From a virus (taxonomy: Duplodnaviria > Heunggongvirae > Uroviricota > Caudoviricetes): DNA of 36,705 nt. The stretch lies in IMG/VR virus record IMGVR_UViG_3300026484_000600, one strand, 5' to 3'. A program made the translations under genes and the position numbers. The notes beneath the pieces are model-generated. The model saw nothing but the letters and a program-made list of their open reading frames with translations, was not told the DNA's origin and made no database searches. Shown here piece after piece: positions 25,069 through 33,364 of this stretch (its first letter is position 1; every line of letters starts with the position of its first letter).

Positions 25069-25623
25069 ATGAATTTCAAAACTCTCTCTACAAAAGTTGA
25101 TAAAAAACTCAAAGAGTTGTCAAAATATGCAAAGAAAGAATGGGATGTTGATTTCAAATATGAAGTACAATACACTCTAAAAAGTATTAGAGCATTGGGT
25201 CAATTTTACCAAACAACTATACGTGGCAATAAAATCAATATAATTGAATTAAATAAAGAACTTCTATTGGAATATGGAGATACATATATCAATGAAGTAG
25301 TGATTCACGAATTTGCACATGCTGTTGTTAGAAATATTTATCCAACAGGTCGAAATGGGTATAAAAAAGTTATGCCACATGGTAAAGAATTCAAAGCTAT
25401 TTGTTCACATTTTGGTATAAGTGGTAAATCAACAACATCACTATTTTCTGATAGTGCAATGTTAGAATCTAAAAGAAAGTCTAATACTTTCACTTACTAT
25501 TGTGCTTGTGATACACATAAATTATCTACTACAAGACATAATAAAATCCAAAGAGGTACAGCTAGTTATCGTTGTAATAAATGCAAAGAGGTTTTATCTC
25601 AAAAAAAGTATGAAATAGCTTGA
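25069..25623 (+). CDS. SprT-like zinc metalloprotease with zinc ribbon
   Basis: HEFAH (HExxH), PHGKEFK, YYCAC...YRCNKC; start moved to ATG 25069. Confidence 0.88.
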   Translation: MNFKTLSTKVDKKLKELSKYAKKEWDVDFKYEVQYTLKSIRALGQFYQTTIRGNKINIIELNKELLLEYGDTYINEVVIHEFAHAVVRNIYPTGRNGYKKVMPHGKEFKAICSHFGISGKSTTSLFSDSAMLESKRKSNTFTYYCACDTHKLSTTRHNKIQRGTASYRCNKCKEVLSQKKYEIA

Positions 25624-25648
25624 TTAATTTCTAAAAATATGTTATAAT
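25620..25648 (+). promoter_or_regulatory. sigma70-type early promoter with 24-bp core
   Basis: TTGATT-N17-TATAAT; exact core 25638-25661. Confidence 0.85.
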
Positions 25649-25677
25649 ATGGCATAATTAATAAAAAGGGATATGAA

Positions 25678-26136
25678 ATGAAAACAATTCAAAAAATTCA
25701 AAATTTAGTAAGTGATACTTTTACAGTTGAGATTTCATCATTTGTAGATGTATATCAAGATAGTTATGAAGATGGTGAGTTAGATTATGTTAATCATTGG
25801 TCGAATGAAAAAGTACTTTGGCATGTAGAGCCAGAGAATCTAAGAGAGGAATTGCTTGTAAACCTTGAAGAGTATTTTGAAAAAGAGTTGTTAGTAGATT
25901 TTGATTTGGACTCATTAAAAGATGAGCTTATAAATTATGCAGATGATGAATTCCTTTGGACAAACAAATTTGTAGATGTTGATAACTGTGAACCATCAGA
26001 GGAAGAAATTGCAGCATGGAAACGAAATGAACTTATGCTGTATAATCAAAATATCAATATCCGAATCACTATAAATGGTAAATCACTTACAAGCGAACTA
26101 ATTTATGAGCTTCTTTTTGAAGAAGAACTAGCTTAA
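25678..26136 (+). CDS. acidic hypothetical protein
   Basis: 152 aa, about 37 D/E by hand count. Confidence 0.8.
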   Translation: MKTIQKIQNLVSDTFTVEISSFVDVYQDSYEDGELDYVNHWSNEKVLWHVEPENLREELLVNLEEYFEKELLVDFDLDSLKDELINYADDEFLWTNKFVDVDNCEPSEEEIAAWKRNELMLYNQNINIRITINGKSLTSELIYELLFEEELA

Positions 26137-26139
26137 AAC

Positions 26140-26168
26140 TTGACTTTTTAGTCAAGTTATGTTATAAT
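26140..26168 (+). promoter_or_regulatory. sigma70-type early promoter with 24-bp core
   Basis: TTGACT-N17-TATAAT; exact core 26158-26181; cttgact-tttt-agtcaag palindrome over the -35. Confidence 0.9.
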
Positions 26169-26199
26169 ATGGCATAATTAAAGAAAAGGAATACTAACA

Positions 26200-27114
26200 A
26201 TGGTATTAAATTATGTAGATCATTCACAAAACGAAGTTCAATTCACAATAAACACAGGGGCAAAAATTCATACTCGTAAACTCAAAGCAGATGGAACATT
26301 TAGTTTAGGTGGACATATTTGTAAACCTAGTATTGAAACAAGAACAATTACTGTATTAGATAAAGCAGTCCAATCAAATTCACAAACACCACTTACACCA
26401 CTTACAGAAGCACAATCAGAGTTTGATATTAATGAGCGTTTTGCTTTTCTTGATCAATTTGTAAATATGACATTATCAAATATCACAAGCTCACTACTTA
26501 TCTGTGGACAAAGTGGTTTAGGAAAATCCCATACTGTTCTTGAAATCCTTGATAAAAATAATCTTGAAGAAGATGTAGATTATGTTATCATCAAAGGATA
26601 TGCTACTCCTAAAGCATTGTATGCAACACTTTATGAAAATAAAGATAAAGTGGTTATTTTTGATGATTGTGATAGTGTATTGAAAGACCCAGTTTCACTT
26701 AACATTTTAAAAGGTGCTCTTGATTCATATGCAAAAAGAACTATTAGCTGGTTATCAAAAGGTTTTATTGATGATGGTTTACCAAGCTCTTTTGATTTTG
26801 AAGGACAAGTGATTTTTATCTCAAATATCTCTTTACCAAAAATTGATAAAGCTGTAAGAGGTAGAACACTTGCAGTTGATGTTACAATGAGTATTCAAGA
26901 TCGTATTGATAGAATGAAAGCAATCGTAACTCATATTTTGCCAGAATATGATTTACAACTAAAAGAGGAAGTATTAGAGTTTATTGATGAACATAAATTT
27001 GAAGCAAAAGAACTCAATATGAGAACATTTGAGAAACTTATCAAAGTGGCATTTTCATATAGTGGTAGTCCAATGTGGAAGGATGCAGCGAAATACATTT
27101 TAACAAACGCATAA
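26200..27114 (+). CDS. AAA+ ATPase (phage type)
   Basis: Walker A GQSGLGKS, Walker B VVIFDDCD, AVRGR. Confidence 0.85.
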   Translation: MVLNYVDHSQNEVQFTINTGAKIHTRKLKADGTFSLGGHICKPSIETRTITVLDKAVQSNSQTPLTPLTEAQSEFDINERFAFLDQFVNMTLSNITSSLLICGQSGLGKSHTVLEILDKNNLEEDVDYVIIKGYATPKALYATLYENKDKVVIFDDCDSVLKDPVSLNILKGALDSYAKRTISWLSKGFIDDGLPSSFDFEGQVIFISNISLPKIDKAVRGRTLAVDVTMSIQDRIDRMKAIVTHILPEYDLQLKEEVLEFIDEHKFEAKELNMRTFEKLIKVAFSYSGSPMWKDAAKYILTNA

Positions 27115-27161
27115 ATTGTATAATATAAATGTGAAGGGATCATCTCTTCCATCGCCATAAT

Positions 27162-27184
27162 TTGAGAGGAGATAATCCTCTCAA
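27162..27184 (+). terminator. intrinsic terminator-like hairpin
   Basis: ttgagagga-gataa-tcctctcaa 9-bp stem followed by a pyrimidine tract. Confidence 0.55.
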
Positions 27185-27210
27185 CCTTTCTTCAAATTCT
27201 TCAAATACTC

Positions 27211-27239
27211 TTGACTTTTTACTCAAAATATGTTATAAT
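27211..27239 (+). promoter_or_regulatory. sigma70-type early promoter
   Basis: TTGACT-N17-TATAAT. Confidence 0.88.
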
Positions 27240-27267
27240 ATAGGTAACAATAAATAAAAGGATATAT

Positions 27268-27846
27268 ATGAAAACTCAAAAAAAGGACAAAATTATTTTC
27301 TCTTCAAAAGATGGAGAAGTTTCTTTAGATACACCATGTGGACAACCTCAATTATGTGAAGCTAACAATTTTTATTTAGAGCGTATTAAATACTTAGAGA
27401 GATTAGTTAAAAAATATAAATTCGATTCAATGACAGGTCTTATGGGGAAACAAGATTTCAATGATAAATTGGATAGAGTATTTGAAGAACATGAATTTAC
27501 AAATGCTCAATTTACTTTTGTATTGGTTGATATTAATAATCTTCATAATATTAATAGATTAGAAGGTATGGAAGCCGGCGATAATCTAATCATATCTGTA
27601 GCAGAACAACTCAGAAATTATTTTTCTATTGACCAAGTATATAGAATAGGTGGCGATGAATTTGCAGTTATTGTAAGAGATACTGTAAAATCATATAAAC
27701 AAGTAAAAGAAGATCTTGGTTCATTACAAGGGGCTTCATTCGTAGCAGAACGCTCAAAAGGGTATATCAATCCTAGACAACTTATTAAAACAGTAGATAA
27801 AAAATTAACAAAATTAAAAGCAAAAAATCCTTGTGAAAGAATTTAA
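27268..27846 (+). CDS. stand-alone GGDEF diguanylate cyclase-like protein
   Basis: DSMTGL, FVLVDINNLHNIN, GMEAGD, RIGGDEF; no RxxD I-site (FSID). Confidence 0.9.
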   Translation: MKTQKKDKIIFSSKDGEVSLDTPCGQPQLCEANNFYLERIKYLERLVKKYKFDSMTGLMGKQDFNDKLDRVFEEHEFTNAQFTFVLVDINNLHNINRLEGMEAGDNLIISVAEQLRNYFSIDQVYRIGGDEFAVIVRDTVKSYKQVKEDLGSLQGASFVAERSKGYINPRQLIKTVDKKLTKLKAKNPCERI

Positions 27847-27851
27847 AAAGC

Positions 27852-27880
27852 TTGTATTATTTTCTTTTTTATGTTATAAT
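27852..27880 (+). promoter_or_regulatory. sigma70-type early promoter
   Basis: TTGTAT-N17-TATAAT; variant core. Confidence 0.75.
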
Positions 27881-27907
27881 ATAGTATAATTAATCAAAGG
27901 GGAAACA

Positions 27908-28672
27908 ATGAAAAATCAATTAACAATTTTAGAAGAAGAATTTCAATTAAATATTACTCCAGAAGAACAAAATAAAATTGATTACCTACATACTATTGAT
28001 TATACTCTTTATACTCCAGAAGATAAATTATTACTAAGAAAATTTGCAAAATATAATAAACCTATTAAACGATTAAAAAGAAGAATTATAAACCAGTTCA
28101 AATGGGAGCAAAAAGTTGCTTCTGCTCCAGAAGTATTATCGGAACTAAATAAAAAAATCCAAGGTAAAAAATTATTTTCTATGGATTTAGAATTTCATGA
28201 ATCAACAGGACAACTTACAGAAGTAGGAATAACACTTTTTGAAAATAATACTATTAAAGCATATCATTTTATAGCATTGGAAACTAAACAATGTAAAAAT
28301 GGTCGCTTTGTACCCGATAATAAATTTCAATTCAATTTTGGTGAATCTCAAATATTACCATTATCGGCTATCCAAGTAATAGTTGGTGAACTTTTCAAAG
28401 GTACAGATTTTTTAGTAGGGCATGCTTTTGGTAATGATAAACCATTTTTATATAGTTGTGATATTGATATTGATAATATAGAAGTATTAGATACTCAACG
28501 ATTAGCACCATTATATCTATTAGAAAATAAGACCCATAATTTGAAAACTTTGGTAAATGATATTCTGATGATAGAAGCAAAGCATTTACATAATGGTGGA
28601 AATGATAGTTATTATACATTATTAGTATTATTAAAAATGGCAAAGAGAGAAGAGAAACTCTTGACATATTAA
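27908..28672 (+). CDS. DEDDh 3'-5' exonuclease-family protein
   Basis: SMDLEF (ExoI), LVGHAFGND (ExoII), LDTQ, HNGGND (ExoIII). Confidence 0.82.
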   Translation: MKNQLTILEEEFQLNITPEEQNKIDYLHTIDYTLYTPEDKLLLRKFAKYNKPIKRLKRRIINQFKWEQKVASAPEVLSELNKKIQGKKLFSMDLEFHESTGQLTEVGITLFENNTIKAYHFIALETKQCKNGRFVPDNKFQFNFGESQILPLSAIQVIVGELFKGTDFLVGHAFGNDKPFLYSCDIDIDNIEVLDTQRLAPLYLLENKTHNLKTLVNDILMIEAKHLHNGGNDSYYTLLVLLKMAKREEKLLTY

Positions 28673-28689
28673 CTAAAGTATGTTATAAT
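28661..28689 (+). promoter_or_regulatory. sigma70-type early promoter
   Basis: TTGACA-N17-TATAAT; core with one mismatch. Confidence 0.9.
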
Positions 28690-28717
28690 ATAGCATAATT
28701 AATCAAAGGGGTAAACA

Positions 28718-29296
28718 ATGTTAAAAAAATTAAATAGTATGGAAGCAGTTTTATTAATCGAAAGAATAAAAAATTATAGTAAATCAATGCCTTTGGATAT
28801 AGCTTTATTCGCAAAAGAATTTAGTATGCTCGTTCGTTCTGGAATAAAAAATTTCAAATATTTAACAATACCTCAAACTCCAAATACTCCTAAATCAATA
28901 CTCAAAAAAATTGATAAAGTGTCATTTGATATATTGATAGCGAATGATATGATACTAAACACTCATACTAAATTAACTACTATTTTATTGATGCGATATG
29001 CATGCGATATTAATGATTTTAAAACGATAAAAAGATCGGATTTAACGATGTCTCAATTATTAAATCTCTTAGATATTCCAAATAACGATAAACATTTATT
29101 ACATATGTTTAATAAACTTAGAAATATTATCGCTCATAAACATTCACCCTATGCAATCTTAGGTCTCGATATGAGGGATGTACAGGAAATTGTAGATAGC
29201 TTTGCCGAAATTATTTTATTTGTGGAATATACTTATATGGATTATGGTGATAAATTTAAAGAGATGTCTAAATACTTAGAAACTCTTGACAATTAA
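28718..29296 (+). CDS. HEPN-domain protein (putative RNase)
   Basis: All-helical protein with FNKLRNIIAH (R-X4-H). Confidence 0.6.
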   Translation: MLKKLNSMEAVLLIERIKNYSKSMPLDIALFAKEFSMLVRSGIKNFKYLTIPQTPNTPKSILKKIDKVSFDILIANDMILNTHTKLTTILLMRYACDINDFKTIKRSDLTMSQLLNLLDIPNNDKHLLHMFNKLRNIIAHKHSPYAILGLDMRDVQEIVDSFAEIILFVEYTYMDYGDKFKEMSKYLETLDN

Positions 29297-29314
29297 TTAA
29301 AAATATGGTATAAT
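29286..29314 (+). promoter_or_regulatory. sigma70-type early promoter
   Basis: TTGACA-N17-TATAAT with TG extension. Confidence 0.88.
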
Positions 29315-29342
29315 ATACTATAATTAATCAAAGGGATATATA

Positions 29343-29573
29343 ATGAGTAAGTATCAAAGTTTATTATCAAATACAATTCAAACAATTGCATATGATATGG
29401 AAGAGGTGGCAGTTATCAATGGTGAGAATTTAACAATAGAAATGTTAGCAGATGCTTCGTTAGATTATGTTAGTATCCACGGTGGCGATGAAGAATTGGC
29501 AACAGAGTTTTCAAATTTACCATATGAGGAACAAATTAAAATAGCAAAGAGTGTTACTGAGCTGTATTGGTAA
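29343..29573 (+). CDS. acidic hypothetical protein
   Basis: 76 aa, AAGGGA RBS. Confidence 0.8.
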   Translation: MSKYQSLLSNTIQTIAYDMEEVAVINGENLTIEMLADASLDYVSIHGGDEELATEFSNLPYEEQIKIAKSVTELYW

Positions 29574-29584
29574 AAAAGAGGAGG

Positions 29585-29745
29585 GTGTTTTTTGATAATT
29601 CTTCTCAAAATCGGTCGTGTTTTTTGACCGAATGTTAAAAAAAAGGGTCATGTTTTTTAACATAATGTGTTTTTTTAGGGGGTATGTTTTTTCGGTTAGT
29701 GTGTTTTTTGACCGACCGTTTCCCTGAAAAAGTGTATTTTTTGGA
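29585..29745 (+). repeat. array of RTGTTTTTT repeats in a non-coding gap
   Basis: Copies at 29585, 29617, 29650, 29667, 29684, 29701, 29732; gtgttttttgaccga exact at 29617 and 29701. Confidence 0.7.
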
Positions 29746-30074
29746 TGAAAAGTTAAGCCGAGTTTAAGGTAGTATAGGAGAACCCTACCTTCCTATATTT
29801 CTTTAATAATTTCTATATTTCATAACTCATCTGAATAGTGATAATCTTAATGAAGCTAAGTCATTCTAAATACATATAATAATTTCTAATTTTTGCCATC
29901 TCCACATCTCCTCTACCAAACTGAATAGAGAGTATAACAATTCAACGTATATAGAAAAATTAAATTGTGTTGTGAATAATCAGTACAACCAATTTAATTA
30001 AAATGTTCAAAATAAAACGTTTATTTCAATAATATAAATATTATTATAATTAAATAATAAGTTAGGATTAAAAG

Positions 30075-30353
30075 ATGTATAAAAGTGATATACAATTTAT
30101 TTCGCTTTGTTTAAGTGGGCAAGTCAAAGAGGTACGAAAACTTCTTGATGAGAATATAGTTATCAGTAATGAGTCTCTCTTAAAAATTTATAATGCTTTA
30201 AAAACGTTAGTTACATCTCCAAATTCTAAAACTTTGTATAGTAAAAAAGATCTTGAAGATTATACAACGGTTTATCAAATGTTATTAGAACATACATCAA
30301 TATTAGAAATAGAAAGAAACTTAAAACTTCAAGAACATAATAAAACCATTTAA
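30075..30353 (+). CDS. hypothetical protein
   Basis: 92 aa, AGGA RBS, TATAAATA at 30033-30040; N-terminus faintly ankyrin-like. Confidence 0.7.
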   Translation: MYKSDIQFISLCLSGQVKEVRKLLDENIVISNESLLKIYNALKTLVTSPNSKTLYSKKDLEDYTTVYQMLLEHTSILEIERNLKLQEHNKTI

Positions 30354-30461
30354 ATTTTTAGTATATTAATTAATGTTTATATAATATGATAGGTAATATT
30401 TTTAAAGAGTTATTGATTAATTAATATTATTCATATTTTCTACTTTTTGATTACGCTTTTT

Positions 30462-30624
30462 ATTTTTCTAAATAATTATAATTTTGTTAGAAAGTTTCAA
30501 AATGATTCAAAAAAAATACATAAATAAAAGAGTACAAACGTAAGTGAATGAATTGGGCAATTTGTATAAAATAATTTTTAAATTTATAAGAACTTTAAAA
30601 AAAATTATAATTATTTAGAAAAAT
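30462..30624. repeat. 24-bp perfect inverted repeat flanking a 115-bp core
   Basis: atttttctaaataattataatttt (30462-30485) and its reverse complement (30601-30624). Confidence 0.8.
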
Positions 30625-30633
30625 TGCTTGCGT

Positions 30634-30651
30634 TTGTGCCTATCGGCACAA
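30634..30651. other. GC-rich hairpin
   Basis: ttgtgcc-tatc-ggcacaa. Confidence 0.5.
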
Positions 30652-30733
30652 TAATTAATAAAGTGTGCTCCCCCATTTATATAATATCAATACTCTATAA
30701 TATCAATATAAATAAAAATAAAATGAGTTTATT

Positions 30734-31216
30734 ATGAAAGTTGTAGATTTACGAACACCTTGCAAAACACAGGTATTTAAAAATTTGATTAGAGATATGA
30801 TATTTTCTATTAGGCAGTCTACTTGGAAATTGGCAAATGTCAATATTGATATTAAATTAAGTAAAATAAGATTAACACCAATAACTTTAACAGATAGTAA
30901 ACAATTTAATGCTAAGGTTTCTAATTTAGTAGGTGGAGGGATTTCCTTCTTAATTGACCAAAAAATTATAGATTTTTTAAAAGAAAAAATTGAATTTGAT
31001 AATTCTAGTAAAATATTCATAACTGATATTTTAGATATTTTTTCCCACTCTCAAAATAACTTATTAAAATTAGATTATTCTAATAATGAAACAGCATGGG
31101 ATAACAACCTTTATTATGTTAAATTAAATATCATAATAAAAATGAATTCAAATGTAATTGATACTTCGATAATTATAGCTGTTGATGAACTAACATCACT
31201 ATATTTTGTATCTTAA
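30734..31216 (+). CDS. hypothetical protein
   Basis: 160 aa, TATAAATA at 30707-30714, weak RBS. Confidence 0.65.
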   Translation: MKVVDLRTPCKTQVFKNLIRDMIFSIRQSTWKLANVNIDIKLSKIRLTPITLTDSKQFNAKVSNLVGGGISFLIDQKIIDFLKEKIEFDNSSKIFITDILDIFSHSQNNLLKLDYSNNETAWDNNLYYVKLNIIIKMNSNVIDTSIIIAVDELTSLYFVS

Positions 31217-31389
31217 ATACATTTGAAAAGATTCTCAGCTTCTTCAATTTTTTCTTTAATACATTGTTTATCTTCATTTTTTAAATTACTATTTAATAAT
31301 TCTTTTTCATAAAGATAAATATCCAATATGATATTTTGTCTCAATATTTCTTTTTCATCTATCTTTTCGCTATTAGATTCTCTAGTCAT
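31213..31389 (-). CDS. 58-aa hypothetical protein (not in ORF track)
   Basis: MTRESNSEKIDEKEILRQNIILDIYLYEKELLNSNLKNEDKQCIKEKIEEAENLFKCI; AAAGG RBS. Confidence 0.6.
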   Translation of the reverse strand: MTRESNSEKIDEKEILRQNIILDIYLYEKELLNSNLKNEDKQCIKEKIEEAENLFKCI

Positions 31390-31432
31390 ACTTTAAACCT
31401 TTTTTTAAAATTATATCCAAAAGAACCTTAAA

Positions 31433-31936
31433 TTACTTATAATCTGAAATTATTTTTTTTAAATAATCAACAACTGATTTTGGAGATTTAAAAGAATTTT
31501 TATTTTTACTAAGATTTTCTATGATATTATCAACAAATTCTTGAGGTGTAGCAGTTGGTTGGGTAGATTCAACCATAGTACCTAATTCTATCTTTGTATC
31601 TTTTGATTTAGATTTAAGATTATTAATAACTAATGTATTTTTAACAACTTCAACCTTAACATCAAAAGCTGGTTCTTTTGGATTTTTTGTATTGATTACA
31701 GTAAATACTCCTTTTTGTTTTGAAGGAGCTACAGCATATTTACCAGATTTAAAGTCAGAGTGGGTACTGTATATAGCATTAATTAATTCTCCCCAATTTT
31801 TTTCATTCTTAATAAATTTATCAAAGTCTGCAGTAGTATCGGTGATTGTTTTTTGATCATAAGTATTATTTCTATCAGCATAATAACTAATACCACCAGG
31901 ATTAAGTTTTTTAACTATTTCGTCTATTATTTTCAT
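31433..31936 (-). CDS. hypothetical protein (possibly late)
   Basis: 167 aa, AGGA RBS, TATAAATA about 20-30 bp upstream. Confidence 0.75.
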   Translation of the reverse strand: MKIIDEIVKKLNPGGISYYADRNNTYDQKTITDTTADFDKFIKNEKNWGELINAIYSTHSDFKSGKYAVAPSKQKGVFTVINTKNPKEPAFDVKVEVVKNTLVINNLKSKSKDTKIELGTMVESTQPTATPQEFVDNIIENLSKNKNSFKSPKSVVDYLKKIISDYK

Positions 31937-32026
31937 ATTGATTCCTATTTTAAAAGTATTTATAATGATTTTAAATAAATTATTGAAAAAATGTAAAATA
32001 ATATTAAAATAAAAGAAGGAATATAA

Positions 32027-33067
32027 ATGGAAAAAAAGAAATTATTTAATCCGTTAGGTGATGATAGTATTCAAAATAGAACAATTATTAAAGGCGATCC
32101 AACTAATTTATTTAATTTGAATGATGTTAAATATACTTGGGCGAATAAACTTTATAGAAGTATGATGGCTAACTTTTGGATTCCGGAAAAAGTTGATTTA
32201 AGTATTGATTCAAATGATTATAAAAAACTTACTAAAGCTGAACAGAAAGCATATGATGGTATTTTATCTTTCTTGGTTTTTTTAGATAGTATTCAAGTAA
32301 ATAATTTACCAAACATTAGTGATATGATAACAGCACCAGAAGTTGGATTAGTATTAAGTATTCAAACATATCAAGAAGCAATACATTCACAATCATACGC
32401 ATATACAATAGAAACAGTAATACCTAAAAATAAGAGAGAAAAAATTTATGATTTTTGGAGAAGTGATGATGTATTATTAACAAGAAATAAATATATTGCT
32501 GAAATTTATCAAAAATTTATTGATGATTCTTCAGATGAAAACTATTTTAGAGTTCTTGTTGCTAATTATTTGTTGGAAGGACTTTACTTTTATAATGGTT
32601 TCAACTTCTTTTATAATTTGGCAAGTAGAAACTTGATGCCTGGATCATCAGATGTAATTCGATATATTAATCGTGATGAATTAACCCATTGTGTATTATT
32701 TGAAAATATTATATATGCTATAAAACAAGAATTTCCAGAAATGTATAATTTGGATATAATTTTAGAGATGACTGAAATTGCAACAAAACAAGAAATTCAA
32801 TGGACTAACCATATTATAGGTAATGATATTTTAGGTATTAGTGAAGAAAGTACTGATAGATACACAAAATGGATGGCGAATAAACGACTGGAAGCAATTG
32901 GAGCACCAAAGTTATATTTAGATGAAAAATATCAAAAAAACCCATATGGGCATTTGGAAAAAATTGCTGATACAGAGGGTGATGGTGATGTTAAGGGTAA
33001 CTTCTTTGAAAGTACGGTGACTAGTTACAATCAATCATCAGCAGTAGATGGTTGGGATGATTTTTAA
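32027..33067 (+). CDS. nrdB: class I ribonucleotide reductase small (beta) subunit
   Basis: FWIPEKVDLS, LVFLDSIQ, EAIHSQSY, LEGLYFYNGF, INRDELTH di-metal ligands, acidic aromatic C-terminal tail. Confidence 0.95.
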   Translation: MEKKKLFNPLGDDSIQNRTIIKGDPTNLFNLNDVKYTWANKLYRSMMANFWIPEKVDLSIDSNDYKKLTKAEQKAYDGILSFLVFLDSIQVNNLPNISDMITAPEVGLVLSIQTYQEAIHSQSYAYTIETVIPKNKREKIYDFWRSDDVLLTRNKYIAEIYQKFIDDSSDENYFRVLVANYLLEGLYFYNGFNFFYNLASRNLMPGSSDVIRYINRDELTHCVLFENIIYAIKQEFPEMYNLDIILEMTEIATKQEIQWTNHIIGNDILGISEESTDRYTKWMANKRLEAIGAPKLYLDEKYQKNPYGHLEKIADTEGDGDVKGNFFESTVTSYNQSSAVDGWDDF

Positions 33068-33116
33068 ATAAAAGTTATCCCACAATTATAAAAAAAAATA
33101 AAAAAGGAAAAGAGAA

Positions 33117-33332
33117 ATGGCAGACAGTATAATTAAATTAGAAGAACGAGTAGATAATACAGAACGTAAATTTGGAGCAGCGTTGGATTATTTTCCATCA
33201 CAAATATTATTAGAAGATGGTACAAAATTATGGGCTATGTTCACAAAAACGGAAATTGATAATGCTATAAAACGAGCAGAAAAAAATAAAGAAGATATAC
33301 CTAAAACACTATGGGAAAGTATCTGGAATTAA
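33117..33332 (+). CDS. hypothetical protein
   Basis: 71 aa, AAGGA RBS. Confidence 0.75.
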   Translation: MADSIIKLEERVDNTERKFGAALDYFPSQILLEDGTKLWAMFTKTEIDNAIKRAEKNKEDIPKTLWESIWN

Positions 33333-33339
33333 TTCTATG

Positions 33340-33362
33340 AAAGGGTTTTTAATAAACCCTTT
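33340..33362. terminator. bidirectional terminator-like hairpin
   Basis: aaagggttt-ttaat-aaacccttt between convergent genes. Confidence 0.6.
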
Positions 33363-33364
33363 AT

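Noticed and set aside
908-29327. Promoter repeats or iteron arrays as a CRISPR array
   Set aside because: Repeats are separated by whole genes or by irregular short gaps, not uniform 30-40 bp spacers; no cas genes
29571-29584. aaaagaggag as a fourth copy of the Rep distal box
   Set aside because: Match is about 10 bp of purine-rich sequence, and the neighbouring repeats lie on the opposite side relative to the Rep cassettes
30075-30353. Ankyrin-repeat protein
   Set aside because: Only one weak repeat-like segment with no TPLH motif
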